A DNA stretch of 64,000 bases. Source: Cyanobacteria bacterium P01_A01_bin.123. GTDB taxonomy: Bacteria > Cyanobacteriota > Cyanobacteriia > Phormidesmidales > Phormidesmidaceae. This document shows positions 36,886 through 46,976 of this stretch, in pieces. Location: contig JBCBZT010000025.1 of the NCBI GenBank assembly GCA_039815185.1, positions 32,001-96,000 of the forward strand. The letters run 5' to 3'. The notes beneath the pieces are model-generated. The model was given only the letters and a program-made list of their open reading frames with translations. It made no database searches and was not told the DNA's origin. Both the position numbers and the translations under genes were made by a program. Each line of letters begins with the position of its first letter. Within the stretch, counting starts at the first letter, position 1.

Positions 36886-38217
36886 ATGGTTGCTGCCACT
36901 GCCAAACGCCCTGAGAAAGGCCACATGCGCGAGATGCGTCAAGACATGATTGGCTACCTCACGAATTTATCCCAACAGGGCGATTTTCTCAAAGTCCCGC
37001 TGGGACTAGGGACGGCCTACTACCTCAACCACCCAGACGACATCCGCGAGATCTTGGTACACCAGGCCGAGTTTTTCCATAAGCCCGCAACCCTCAAATA
37101 TGCTGCCAAGGGTCTATTCGGCGAAAATCTCTTCACCACTGACGGCAGATTATGGGAGGTGCTGAGACAAACGCTACAGCCAGCCTTTCAGTCGAAACAA
37201 ATTAAAGCCCACGCGCAGATCATGGTTGATGCCACTGCCGACATGATGAACCAGTGGCAACCGGGGCAAACCCTCGAAGTCTGCAAAGCGATGATGGATT
37301 TGACCATGGGGATCACCAGCCAAGCTTTTTTCGGGGTGGACCTGCGCGATCAGCCCACAGCTCAAAACATTGTCCGGTTCATCGAGCTATTCAACCAGCG
37401 GATTTCGGGACTGCCTGTCCCGAACTGGGTGCCCCTGCCCAGCACCTTAGAGATGAAGCGGATGCTGGCTGAATCTGATCAATTCTTCACGCCTCTGATT
37501 GCCGAACGTCGAACCGCTACCGAAACGCACACGGATATTCTGGCTATGCTGGTGAACGCCCAAGCAGCGGATGACACTGGGTTGATTACTGAACATCAGG
37601 TGCGCAACGAAGTCACGAACCTATTTGCTGCCGGTTACGAAGTGACTGCCAACTCCTTAGCCTTTGCCCTCTATCTGATTCATAAGCATCCTGCTGTGGA
37701 GACCCGGCTGCGGTCAGAGATTGATCGGGTGCTGGGTGATCGCTTGGTTACAGTTGAAGATCTGGCTCAGATGCCGTATCTAGAATGCGTGCTTAAAGAA
37801 TCAATGCGGTTATTGCCAGTGACGACCGTCTTCACGCGGCAAAGTACTCAAACGGTAGCCTGGGCAGACCGTTTAATTCCTAAAAATGCGGTAGTTCTCA
37901 TATCGCCCTGGACGCTTCACCGTCGCACCGATATCTTTCCAGAGCCGCTCACGTTCAATCCCGATCGATTTGCAGTCAATGCCCACAATCCTATTCCCAA
38001 ATTTGCCTACCTGCCCTTTTCTGGCGGGCCTCGCATCTGCTTGGGGCAGGCTTTTGCCATGACCCAAATGCGCATTAACCTGGCGATCATACTGCAACGC
38101 TACTGCTTAACCACTGCGCCAGCCTATGAGCTAAAGCCCTACTTCAGCTTTAATACACGTCCACAAGATGGGCTGCCAATGCAGCTAACGGCAGTTGAGA
38201 GTGGCAAAAACACTTGA
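36886..38217 (+). CDS. Cytochrome P450
   Basis: I-helix AAGYEVT, ExxR (ESMR), FNPDRF and heme motif FSGGPRICLG. Confidence 0.95.
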   Translation: MVAATAKRPEKGHMREMRQDMIGYLTNLSQQGDFLKVPLGLGTAYYLNHPDDIREILVHQAEFFHKPATLKYAAKGLFGENLFTTDGRLWEVLRQTLQPAFQSKQIKAHAQIMVDATADMMNQWQPGQTLEVCKAMMDLTMGITSQAFFGVDLRDQPTAQNIVRFIELFNQRISGLPVPNWVPLPSTLEMKRMLAESDQFFTPLIAERRTATETHTDILAMLVNAQAADDTGLITEHQVRNEVTNLFAAGYEVTANSLAFALYLIHKHPAVETRLRSEIDRVLGDRLVTVEDLAQMPYLECVLKESMRLLPVTTVFTRQSTQTVAWADRLIPKNAVVLISPWTLHRRTDIFPEPLTFNPDRFAVNAHNPIPKFAYLPFSGGPRICLGQAFAMTQMRINLAIILQRYCLTTAPAYELKPYFSFNTRPQDGLPMQLTAVESGKNT

Positions 38218-38224
38218 TCTCAGG

Positions 38225-38833
38225 CTAGTTAGCGCTATTGACGGTTAACTCAGGATACTCATCATCCATAGAGGTGCGGAAAAAGAACTGACAGCCACCG
38301 GGCGTATGGGGTGCATGGCTAGAACCGGGCGAAGAGTGCAGGTAATCCCCTGCGCAAATTACCTCATCTCCTACCACCAATTCCCCTTCCATCATGAAAA
38401 TTTCTTCGGTTGCAGCATGGCGATGGAAGGGATAGCGGGTTCCGGGTGCAGCCTTAAGAAATCCAGCGATTTCTCGTTTGACCTCATCAGTGTGCACAAT
38501 GGCGATCAGAATTCCAGGTATGTCGTTGGGTTGCCAGTCTAAATCCTGCGATCGCACCACATGAGCATTTGGCACTGCTTTCGAAGCAGGTGCAACTACT
38601 GGAGCCTCTAGTCCTAATCGATCAAACAGCCGATCTTTGAGATCGGCTGCTATCGGCAATGGGGGTTGACTGTAGGGCAATGCTGTTGCCGCAGATTGAT
38701 AGGTTGCTAATTCCTCTGCTAAATCTGGGCAATCTGCAACTTGCTGCTCAACCCAAGCTTTTTCCTGATCACTGAGCAGGTCAAGGGCATAGAGTGGAGC
38801 CAGTTCACAAAAACAGCGGGTTTCAGTATCCAT
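38225..38833 (-). CDS. ChrR-type anti-sigma factor with a cupin domain
   Basis: N-terminal ELAPLYALDLL...CPDLAEEL and cupin motif YPFHRHAATEE...SSHAP. Confidence 0.8.
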   Translation of the reverse strand: MDTETRCFCELAPLYALDLLSDQEKAWVEQQVADCPDLAEELATYQSAATALPYSQPPLPIAADLKDRLFDRLGLEAPVVAPASKAVPNAHVVRSQDLDWQPNDIPGILIAIVHTDEVKREIAGFLKAAPGTRYPFHRHAATEEIFMMEGELVVGDEVICAGDYLHSSPGSSHAPHTPGGCQFFFRTSMDDEYPELTVNSAN

Positions 38834-39203
38834 ATCCAATCAACTCACGTTCCAGGCTGTGGAACGGCTGTCAGCTATCCTATCCGGTAGCGTTAACCTC
38901 TAATGGCTCAATCGTAACCGAATCAGCGGTCTACTGGCTGGTGTTTTCCAGGCTGGGCAAGTCTTGCCCTGGACATCGCCTGATCGCCTCTACATAACAA
39001 TTCAGGTGCTTGTCTTGCCACTATGCGTTCCTTATTGTGCTTCCTGCTCAAATAGGTATACGACATCAACAAGAATTTGGATCTCTGTAGCCGTGTAATG
39101 CCACCATTTCGCATTTTGATAGCGGCAATTGGCGAGACTGAAAGCCTATTAGGATAAGACGTCTACAGTCCAAAATCGTAAATCTAAAATCGGTAGCTCA
39201 ACT

Positions 39204-40466
39204 TTAGGTGGCCAATGGAAAACGCTGAAAGACTATTGTTGTGTTGTGTCCGCCAAAGCCAAAGCCATTCGATAAGGCAACTTTGACTTCATGGGTCTGA
39301 GGTTTGCCAACCGTGTAGTCAAGGTCACAAGCCTCATCCAGGGATTCCACATTGATCGTGGGCGGAATTTCATTGTATTGAATGGCAAGCACGGTCGCGA
39401 TCGCCTCAATTGCACCCGCTGCTCCGAGTAAATGCCCGGTCATACTTTTGGTTGCAGACAATTTCATCTGGTGAGCATGGGAGCCAAACACCTGCTTGAT
39501 GGCATTGGATTCTGCGATATCTCCCAAAGGGGTCGATGTCGCGTGTAGATTGATATAGTCCACCGCTTGGGGAGTCAGACCTGTATCCTCAAGTGCCCGT
39601 CGCATAGCCAGCACCACACCTGAGCCAGAAGGGTCAGGGGCAGCATAGTGATAGGCATCAGAGGATGACCCAAACCCTAAAACCTCGGCATAAATCTTTG
39701 CGCCTCTAGCCTGGGCGTGGCTCAACGTTTCTAGCAGGATTGCCCCTGCCCCCTCGCCTACGACAAAGCCATCCCGGTTCGTATCAAAGGGACGACTCGC
39801 CGTTTGTGGATCGTCATTGCGAGTTGAGAGCGCTCGCATGGCGGCGAATCCCCCTACGCCTAAGGGCGTAATCGAGGCTTCACTACCGCCGCACACCATA
39901 GCATCGGCATAGCCCTGGCGCATTAGCAAGATGGCATCTCGAAAGGCATCATTGCTTGTGGTGCAGGCGGAGACAACCCCATGATTGGGGCCTCGTAGGC
40001 CATGCTGCATCGCAATCATGCCAGCTGCCATGTTGCCAATCATCATCGGAATCATAAAGGGTGACAACGAATTTGGCCCCTTCTCGGCTAAGACCTTGGC
40101 TTGTGTTTCTAACACTTGTAGGCCGCCAATACCGGAGCCGAAGACGACGCCGATGCGATCGCGCGCTTCCTGCTCAAGTTCAGTTGGATTCAGTTGGGCA
40201 TCGGCGATCGCCTGTTGAGCCGCTACCAATGCATACTGACAAAATGAATCAAGCCGTGTCGCCTGCTTACGCTCCAGGTAGTCTGTAGGGTTAAAGTCTT
40301 TTAGTTCGCAGGCAAAGCGCGTCTTGAAGGGGCTGGCATCAAAATGGGTAATGGGGGCAGCACCGCTTTCTCCCTGCATCATGCTCTTCCAGAAGGCATC
40401 GATGGAGAGACCAATGGGGGTCACGGCTCCCATGCCGGTAACGACAATTCTCGCCTGGGCGTTCAT
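39204..40466 (-). CDS. fabF: Beta-ketoacyl-ACP synthase II
   Basis: RIVVTGMG; Cys-His-His triad in SACTT, LHATSTPLGD and TGHLLGAAG; NGFGFGGHN. Confidence 0.93.
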   Translation of the reverse strand: MNAQARIVVTGMGAVTPIGLSIDAFWKSMMQGESGAAPITHFDASPFKTRFACELKDFNPTDYLERKQATRLDSFCQYALVAAQQAIADAQLNPTELEQEARDRIGVVFGSGIGGLQVLETQAKVLAEKGPNSLSPFMIPMMIGNMAAGMIAMQHGLRGPNHGVVSACTTSNDAFRDAILLMRQGYADAMVCGGSEASITPLGVGGFAAMRALSTRNDDPQTASRPFDTNRDGFVVGEGAGAILLETLSHAQARGAKIYAEVLGFGSSSDAYHYAAPDPSGSGVVLAMRRALEDTGLTPQAVDYINLHATSTPLGDIAESNAIKQVFGSHAHQMKLSATKSMTGHLLGAAGAIEAIATVLAIQYNEIPPTINVESLDEACDLDYTVGKPQTHEVKVALSNGFGFGGHNTTIVFQRFPLAT

Positions 40467-40507
40467 AGGGCAACACTAAAGACTTCACTAAGTTCACTGT
40501 AGTATAG

Positions 40508-40523
40508 TACCGACCGATCGGTA
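40508..40523. promoter_or_regulatory. Candidate TetR operator palindrome
   Basis: TACCGA-CCGA-TCGGTA in the 76-bp divergent fabF/tetR gap. Confidence 0.7.
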
Positions 40524-40542
40524 TTTTTTGCTCTGGTGACTT

Positions 40543-41178
40543 ATGGGCAAAGGTGACAAAACTCGACAAGACATTCTTCAAAAGGTAGTCGTTCTGTTTA
40601 ATGAAAAGGGCTATGCGGCAACCTCAATGCAAGATATTACGACGGTCACAGGTGTTCAACGCGGGGGCATCTACAACCATTTTGCCAGCAAAGAAGAACT
40701 TGCCCTAGCTAGTTTCGAGTATGCTTGCTCGGTGCTGGCAAAATGCTTAATCCGGGGTGTCCGTCCTCAAAAAACCGCCGTTGGGCGATTGAACGCGATC
40801 GCTAGCAGTTTTGTCGAACTCTACACTCAAAATCCGCTGTTTCCGTTTGGTTGCCAGGTAATGAATACGACAGTCGAAGCAAAGCGCCAGATGCTACCGC
40901 TGCGTCAAAAAGCGCAGGAGGCCATGAACCAGCTTAAACAACTGATTACTGACACAACGCTGCGAGGCATTGAGCAAGCTGAACTCTTAGGGCCAACCAA
41001 CCCTAATGCCGTGGCGGCGGTCTTTATCTCTACTTTAGAAGGCGCAATGCTGTTAAGCGTTTTGTATGATGATCCGACTTATCTGGATCATGCGGTCAAC
41101 CACCTCCATTGGTATGTTGAAACCCTATCAGTGAACCCAAATCCCACCTTAAAAGTTCTGGACGTGGAAACAGTTTAG
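40543..41178 (+). CDS. TetR/AcrR family regulator (LmrA/YxaF-like)
   Basis: HTH GYAATSMQDI...GGIYNHFASKEEL; FGCQVMN and STLEGAMLLS in the C-terminal domain. Confidence 0.92.
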   Translation: MGKGDKTRQDILQKVVVLFNEKGYAATSMQDITTVTGVQRGGIYNHFASKEELALASFEYACSVLAKCLIRGVRPQKTAVGRLNAIASSFVELYTQNPLFPFGCQVMNTTVEAKRQMLPLRQKAQEAMNQLKQLITDTTLRGIEQAELLGPTNPNAVAAVFISTLEGAMLLSVLYDDPTYLDHAVNHLHWYVETLSVNPNPTLKVLDVETV

Positions 41179-41215
41179 AACGCTAAACTTGTGTCAACTC
41201 GACTTCGTTTGGCTT

Positions 41216-41989
41216 ATGCCCTCACCGTTCCCTGGAATGGATCCCTACCTAGAAGGTTACCTTTGGCCGGATGTGCATAATGCTCTGGCAGCAAAAATTC
41301 GACAGCAGCTAGCGCCTCAGCTTCAACCCCGTTACGTGGCTCGATTAGAAATTTATGTTGTCGAAGACGAATTTCCAGAGAATGAGGTTGGCATTCTTTA
41401 CCCAGATGTAGAAGTCATGCAAAGAAAGCAGGCTCAGACATCACCTGCTCTAAAATCGACTGGGAATCTTGCCATTACGCCTGCACCATTGACGCTGCCA
41501 TTCCTCAGCTCCATTCCGGTCAGAATTCCTACGGTTGAAATTCGAGACACACGGGAGAACCTTTTAGTCACCTGTATTGAGATTCTCTCGCCCGTTAATA
41601 AACGGAATCCTGGTTTAACGCGTTATCGCCAAAAGCGACAACGACTACATCAAGCAGGGGTTCACCTCTTAGAAATTGACTTTTTACGCCGGGGACAGCG
41701 CCCCTTTGCCATTCAAAAATTGCCATCTGTTGCCTATGTGGTGGCGTTAACCCGCGCAGAGCAGAATCTCATGGAGATTTGGCCGCTGCGGTTGCCAGAT
41801 CCGTTGCCTATTGTCCCAGTGCCCTTAAAAGATGACGATCCAGATGCCGCTTTAGATTTGCCTGAGGCACTAACGGCAATCTACGAGGAAGCGTTTTACC
41901 GGCTTTCCATTGATTATGCCCAGGCCCCACCGCCTCCAGACTTGTCGGAATTTGAGCTTGGCTGGATAAAGGATTTGGTCAGTCAATAG
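41216..41989 (+). CDS. DUF4058 family protein
   Basis: MPSPFPGMDPYLE, IEILSPVNK and HLLEIDFLRRG motifs. Confidence 0.88.
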   Translation: MPSPFPGMDPYLEGYLWPDVHNALAAKIRQQLAPQLQPRYVARLEIYVVEDEFPENEVGILYPDVEVMQRKQAQTSPALKSTGNLAITPAPLTLPFLSSIPVRIPTVEIRDTRENLLVTCIEILSPVNKRNPGLTRYRQKRQRLHQAGVHLLEIDFLRRGQRPFAIQKLPSVAYVVALTRAEQNLMEIWPLRLPDPLPIVPVPLKDDDPDAALDLPEALTAIYEEAFYRLSIDYAQAPPPPDLSEFELGWIKDLVSQ

Positions 41990-42039
41990 TTGAAGTTGAT
42001 CTGGAGCAGAACAGCCAAAACCTGAAAAGTTAACTGACT

Positions 42040-42225
42040 TCAATTCCTGCTCACTGCGATTGAGGTCTTTTGCTGTTCGCGGCGTTCCTGTAGTGCCTTA
42101 TCAATCAATTTGCCAACTAGCCAAGAGACCGAGCGCTCGTCAGCCTCTGCCCACGCTTCCAGCTCTTTTTTCGACTCTGGAGGAATGTAAGCAACCACTC
42201 TGTCTAAGTCTGTTTTGCCGCCCAT
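42040..42225 (-). CDS. CopG/ribbon-helix-helix DNA-binding protein
   Basis: RVVAYIPPESKKELEAWAEADERSVSWLVGKLI. Confidence 0.8.
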   Translation of the reverse strand: MGGKTDLDRVVAYIPPESKKELEAWAEADERSVSWLVGKLIDKALQERREQQKTSIAVSRN

Positions 42226-42341
42226 ATTTACGTCTTACCTTGCTGTTGCTTGACTCCAGCATACAAGCTACCTGCTGATCTGCACTTTGCTATGCCGTGC
42301 TGTGCTAGCATGGCATAGCAAAACATTCAGAAACTCCAGCC

Positions 42342-43178
42342 ATGACCCTTCAAAATTTGCCTACGATCACGACGAATCAGAAATCCAATCCAGGCCAACA
42401 GCGCAGTCACTCAGGACTTGTCTTGCTTTCAGCCAGAGAACTCAACAAAATGCGTCGGGTCGGAAAACTCGCTGCAACGCTGCTCAACCATCTTGAACCC
42501 ATGGTGCAACCCGGTGTCAGCACCCAAGCTTTAAATGATGAAGCCGCCCGCTGGATGCAGGCCCATGGTGCCATTAGTGCCACACTAGGCTATGCCCCAC
42601 CGGGTTATCCGCCGTTCCAGGGTTCCATCTGCACCAGCATTAATGACGTGGTCTGTCATGGCATTCCCCATGCCAAACAAATCCTAAAGGATGGCGATAT
42701 CATCAACATCGATGTTACGCCGATTCTAGATGGCTATCACGGTGATACCTCTAGAACATTTGGGGTGGGTAATGTATCTGCCAAGGCTCGAAAACTCGTC
42801 GAGGTGACTCAGGCAGCCATGATGCGGGGCATTGCCGCAATCAAACCCGGAGCCAGAATTGGAGATATTGGGGCTGCGATTGAAACCTACGCTGAGGCCC
42901 ATGGATTCTCAGTGGTTCGAGAGATGGTGGGTCATGGCGTCGGCAGGCAGTTTCATGCCGAACCGCAAGTTCCTCACTTCGGTCAGCCCGGACGAGGATT
43001 GAAACTCCGACCAGGCATGGTTTTTACAGTTGAACCGATGCTCAATGAAGGAACTCGGGAGCTTAAGTTTTTAGCCGATGGCTGGACTGTGATCACAAAA
43101 GACCGAAAACGCTCTGCCCAGTTTGAACATACGGTTGCAGTTACTCAGAACGGTGTAGAAATTCTGACGCTGGCTTAA
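42342..43178 (+). CDS. map: Type I methionine aminopeptidase
   Basis: SICTSINDVVCHGIP, DVT...GDTSRT, GHGVG, FTVEPM and SAQFEHT motifs. Confidence 0.95.
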   Translation: MTLQNLPTITTNQKSNPGQQRSHSGLVLLSARELNKMRRVGKLAATLLNHLEPMVQPGVSTQALNDEAARWMQAHGAISATLGYAPPGYPPFQGSICTSINDVVCHGIPHAKQILKDGDIINIDVTPILDGYHGDTSRTFGVGNVSAKARKLVEVTQAAMMRGIAAIKPGARIGDIGAAIETYAEAHGFSVVREMVGHGVGRQFHAEPQVPHFGQPGRGLKLRPGMVFTVEPMLNEGTRELKFLADGWTVITKDRKRSAQFEHTVAVTQNGVEILTLA

Positions 43179-43212
43179 TCCACCAAGGGCCAACTCATCG
43201 ACGTTATCAGCA

Positions 43213-43884
43213 TTAGTGAATCACCAAGCCGTCTTGAATTCTAATTTGTCGCTTGGCTTGGGCAGCTACCTCGGTCTCATGGGTGATGATTACGATGGTG
43301 ATGTCTTGTTGATTAAGTTCGTGAAACAATGCCATCACTTCTTGAGACGTGTGAGTATCTAGTGCCCCGGTCGGTTCGTCTGCCAATAGCAGGGCGGGTT
43401 GATTGACTAACGCACGGGCGATCGCGACCCGCTGCTGCTGCCCACCCGAGAGTTGACTGGGACGGTTAGACAAGCGATCGCCGAGACCGACTTTAGTCAA
43501 CGCAGCTTTGGCTCGGTGACGGCGTTCTGCTTTAGGGACTCCCGCATAAACCATCGGCAACATGACATTTTCTAGGGCAGTAGCTCGCGGCAGTAAGTTG
43601 AACTGCTGAAACACAAAACCAATCTTTTGATTGCGCATGTAGGCTAACTCATCTTTAGCAAGGGTGGTCAGGTCGCGGCCTTCCAGATGATATATCCCTG
43701 ATGTGGGTCGATCTAAGCAGCCAATGATATTCATTAGCGTGGATTTTCCAGACCCAGACATGCCCATGATGGAGACATATTCACCGGCTGAAATATCTAA
43801 ATCAATTCCCTTTAAAATCAAGACACTTGATTCACCAAGCTGATAGCGTTTGGTGATATTTTCCATTTTGATCATGGCTATCAA
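43213..43884 (-). CDS. ABC transporter ATP-binding protein (MacB/LolD-like)
   Basis: GMSGSGKST, LSGGQQQR and DEPTGALD motifs. Confidence 0.93.
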   Translation of the reverse strand: MIAMIKMENITKRYQLGESSVLILKGIDLDISAGEYVSIMGMSGSGKSTLMNIIGCLDRPTSGIYHLEGRDLTTLAKDELAYMRNQKIGFVFQQFNLLPRATALENVMLPMVYAGVPKAERRHRAKAALTKVGLGDRLSNRPSQLSGGQQQRVAIARALVNQPALLLADEPTGALDTHTSQEVMALFHELNQQDITIVIITHETEVAAQAKRQIRIQDGLVIH

Positions 43885-43931
43885 TTTTGGATTTTGGACT
43901 TCATCGTGAGCGCTCAGTCGAACGATGATGA

Positions 43932-45230
43932 TTAATCACTTCTTAGGGCAACAATGGGATCAAGTTTGGAGGCATTGCGAGCTGGGATGACGCCAGCGAC
44001 TAACCCGGTAGCACTTGACAACCCAAAACCCACGATCACTGCACTGCTCGACACCACAAAGGGGAAGCCAAAGGCAATCGCAGCAATGAAGGTAATCCCA
44101 ATTCCCGTAACAATGCCAATACCGCCACCAATCACAGAAATCACAACAGATTCGGTTAAAAATTGGCTGAGGACATCGCGATCCGTGGCACCCAATGCCT
44201 TGCGAATGCCAATTTCGCGGGTGCGTTCAACTACAGAAACAAGCATGATGTTGGCAATGCCAATGCCGCCGACCACTAGCGATATGCCCGCGATCGCCAC
44301 AATCATAGTTGTCAGCAAGCCCAACACCGTTGACAGCGTTTCTAGAATATCTGCTTGATTAGTAATGCGGAAATCATCGTCTTCTGGTGATGCAATGTCA
44401 TGGCGAAGCCGCAAAATATTCTCGACCTGAAACTTCACAATTTCCAGTTGATCTTCATCTTCGCCTTTAACGTAAATCCCATTCACAGAAACCCCCATCA
44501 ACGAGTTATTGCCGATAATTCGAGCTGACATACTGGTTAGGGGAATATAAACGGCATCATCGCGATCCATGGGACCTTGCGAACCTTTGGCCTCCATCAC
44601 CCCAATCACGTCATAAATCTCCCCCTGAATCCGAATCTTTTGGCCAACGGGATCGACATTGGCAGAAAACAGATTTTCCTGAACGGTGGGTGCAATCACG
44701 ACTACCGATGCAGACGTTTCTAGCTCCGCTTGGGTAAAAAAGCGGCCCTGAGCTGGGAACGTGTTGCGCGCCTCAGGATGGCTTAAGTCGGTTCCGTAGA
44801 CTGTGGTTGAGGTATTGTTCTCGCCATACACAACTTGGGTATTGCGTTGTAGATAGGCCGAAACCACGGTTGCAGAGGGGGCTTGTTCCGCGATCGCTTG
44901 GGCATCTTCCCACGTGAGTGTTGTGATTGACCCTTGTCCCTGACTAATGCCACCACTTTCAGCCGAACCCGCCATCACCTGCAATACATCAGTTCCCAAG
45001 CTGCGAATGCTCTCTTCTGTCGATTTTTGAATGCCTTGGCCAATTGAGGTCAGCGAAATGACTGACCCAATACCGATAATGACCCCCAGCATAGTCAGAC
45101 CACTGCGGAGCTTATTACTCCAGAGGGCTTCCACCGCCATTTCGGCTATTTCTAATTTGGAAACGTGGTGGGATTTTTGAGTCGATGGGGGAGGCTGTTG
45201 TGCTGACGTATTTTCTGTTGATAAAGCCAT
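43932..45230 (-). CDS. ABC transporter permease (MacB/FtsX type)
   Basis: LRSGLTMLGVIIG, NIMLVSVVERTREIGIRKALGA and PARNASKLDPIVALR motifs. Confidence 0.93.
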   Translation of the reverse strand: MALSTENTSAQQPPPSTQKSHHVSKLEIAEMAVEALWSNKLRSGLTMLGVIIGIGSVISLTSIGQGIQKSTEESIRSLGTDVLQVMAGSAESGGISQGQGSITTLTWEDAQAIAEQAPSATVVSAYLQRNTQVVYGENNTSTTVYGTDLSHPEARNTFPAQGRFFTQAELETSASVVVIAPTVQENLFSANVDPVGQKIRIQGEIYDVIGVMEAKGSQGPMDRDDAVYIPLTSMSARIIGNNSLMGVSVNGIYVKGEDEDQLEIVKFQVENILRLRHDIASPEDDDFRITNQADILETLSTVLGLLTTMIVAIAGISLVVGGIGIANIMLVSVVERTREIGIRKALGATDRDVLSQFLTESVVISVIGGGIGIVTGIGITFIAAIAFGFPFVVSSSAVIVGFGLSSATGLVAGVIPARNASKLDPIVALRSD

Positions 45231-45262
45231 GGTTGATGTCTGCTCCTTGGAATTGACTGAAT

Positions 45263-46777
45263 CTACTCGGGTGCAGGCGGGAAATTGAATCCACGCTCTT
45301 CCTGTGCCTCTGTTGAGGGTGGGCTGATTAAGACTTGCTCATCCCCTTCAAGTCCTGATTTCACCTCTGTTTGGCCTCCGGCAGTTGCGCCAGTTTCAAT
45401 GGCTTGAAAGACAGGCTCGCGATCGTGCCCCAAAATATAAACGCCTTCACCATCGGGTCTTCGAACCACAGCAGCATTTGGTACTAGCAGCGCATTGTCT
45501 AAACTGTCCACCTCAAATTCTGCTTCCACGTTCATGCCAATCTTTAATTTTTCGGCCGCAGGTAGGTCGATTGACACCCGCACCTCAAAACTGGTGACGT
45601 TTTGGCTCACCGTGGCTTGGGCGGCAATCAATTCAACCCTGCCGGTAAATTCTTCGCCCGGAAATGCATCCGCTTTAAATACGACAGATTGCCCCGGTTC
45701 AACTCGGGCAATTTGAGATTCTGGGAGATTCACCACAACTTGATTGCGGGCACTTGAGAGCAGCAAAATGGACGATGATGAATCCGATTCACTACCCCCA
45801 CCCGCCATGGACGGACTAACGAAAGACCCTACCTCTGCATAAATTTGGGTGATGATGCCATCGAAAGGGGCCACCACGCGGGTGTCGTTGAGTTGGGCCT
45901 CAACGGTTTGCAATGACCCTTCAGCAGACCGCACCTGAGCCCGAGCTTGCTCAATATCTTCTGAACGCGTCCCAGCTCTGAGTGCAGCAACGGTTTGTCG
46001 TTGTTGTTCAACTCGCGCTGCAGATTGCTCAATTTGCTCAGATCGGGTGCCAGCATTTTGTAGGGCTAACGCCTCTTCTGCCTCGATCACCTGGGCATCG
46101 GCCACATCTCGATCGGTGCGTTTTTGGTCTAACTCTTCCCGCGAAATTGCCCCTTCACTGTAAAGCCTTTCATAGCGCTGAAGATCGGTCGCGCGCTGCT
46201 GTAGGGTAGCCTCTGCCTGCTGCAGGCGAGCAGAGGCTTGGGCGATGTCTTGGGCGCGATTACCCGATTGCATTTCCTGTAAGTTTGCCTCGGCCTCAGC
46301 CAGTTGGGCCTCTGCTTTGGCGATATCCTCTGGGCGATCGCCGGCAATCAGCCGGTCTAAGTTTGCGTTCTGCTGTGCCAACTGTCCTTCCATTTGCAGG
46401 AGTTCTCCGCTTAGGTTGGAGTCATCCATCATGGCAATGACCTGATCTTTTTCAACGCGATCGCCCTCTTCTACCAGCAAGTTTTCAATCACCCCCGAGT
46501 TTTTAGGACTGAGGTTAATCGACTGCGCCGGATCGACTGTGCCATTGGCCGTGATGACCACGGGAACTGTTTTGCGTTCAACAGATTGGGTTAACACTTC
46601 CGTTTGGGATGACCGGCCACCCGTGATTAGCGTCATGCCAAACCGGAGACCCAAGAGCAACAAGACCGGCACCACAAACCTGAGCCACTTATTCCGGTTT
46701 AGCGATAGCTTTTTAGGCCAAGTTAGTTTTGACGGCAAGATCAATGAAAAATTAGACCGCACAATTGTTCTCCTCAA
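45263..46777 (-). CDS. Efflux periplasmic adaptor (MacA/HlyD family)
   Basis: N-terminal TM, lipoyl-like halves (VEEGDRV; APFDGII) and a long coiled coil. Confidence 0.9.
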   Translation of the reverse strand: MRRTIVRSNFSLILPSKLTWPKKLSLNRNKWLRFVVPVLLLLGLRFGMTLITGGRSSQTEVLTQSVERKTVPVVITANGTVDPAQSINLSPKNSGVIENLLVEEGDRVEKDQVIAMMDDSNLSGELLQMEGQLAQQNANLDRLIAGDRPEDIAKAEAQLAEAEANLQEMQSGNRAQDIAQASARLQQAEATLQQRATDLQRYERLYSEGAISREELDQKRTDRDVADAQVIEAEEALALQNAGTRSEQIEQSAARVEQQRQTVAALRAGTRSEDIEQARAQVRSAEGSLQTVEAQLNDTRVVAPFDGIITQIYAEVGSFVSPSMAGGGSESDSSSSILLLSSARNQVVVNLPESQIARVEPGQSVVFKADAFPGEEFTGRVELIAAQATVSQNVTSFEVRVSIDLPAAEKLKIGMNVEAEFEVDSLDNALLVPNAAVVRRPDGEGVYILGHDREPVFQAIETGATAGGQTEVKSGLEGDEQVLISPPSTEAQEERGFNFPPAPE

Positions 46778-46976
46778 AATGGCCAGATTGCTGACTGTAA
46801 CCAGTATCGATAGTGAGTGATTACTTACTTATTAACTTGCATCTCTTAAATCGTCAAGCCCAAAGTTTGCATGAAGTCTAAATTTGAATGGCGTCTGAAT
46901 AATGTGGATTTCCCTACTGGGCAGCTTCACGGCTAATTCGGCAGAATCTTTCTAAACTCCTCCTCGCTGCAGAATT

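Noticed and set aside
41216..42225. Toxin-antitoxin pair from DUF4058 and the RHH protein
   Set aside because: The genes are convergent rather than operonic, and no toxin motif is recognisable.
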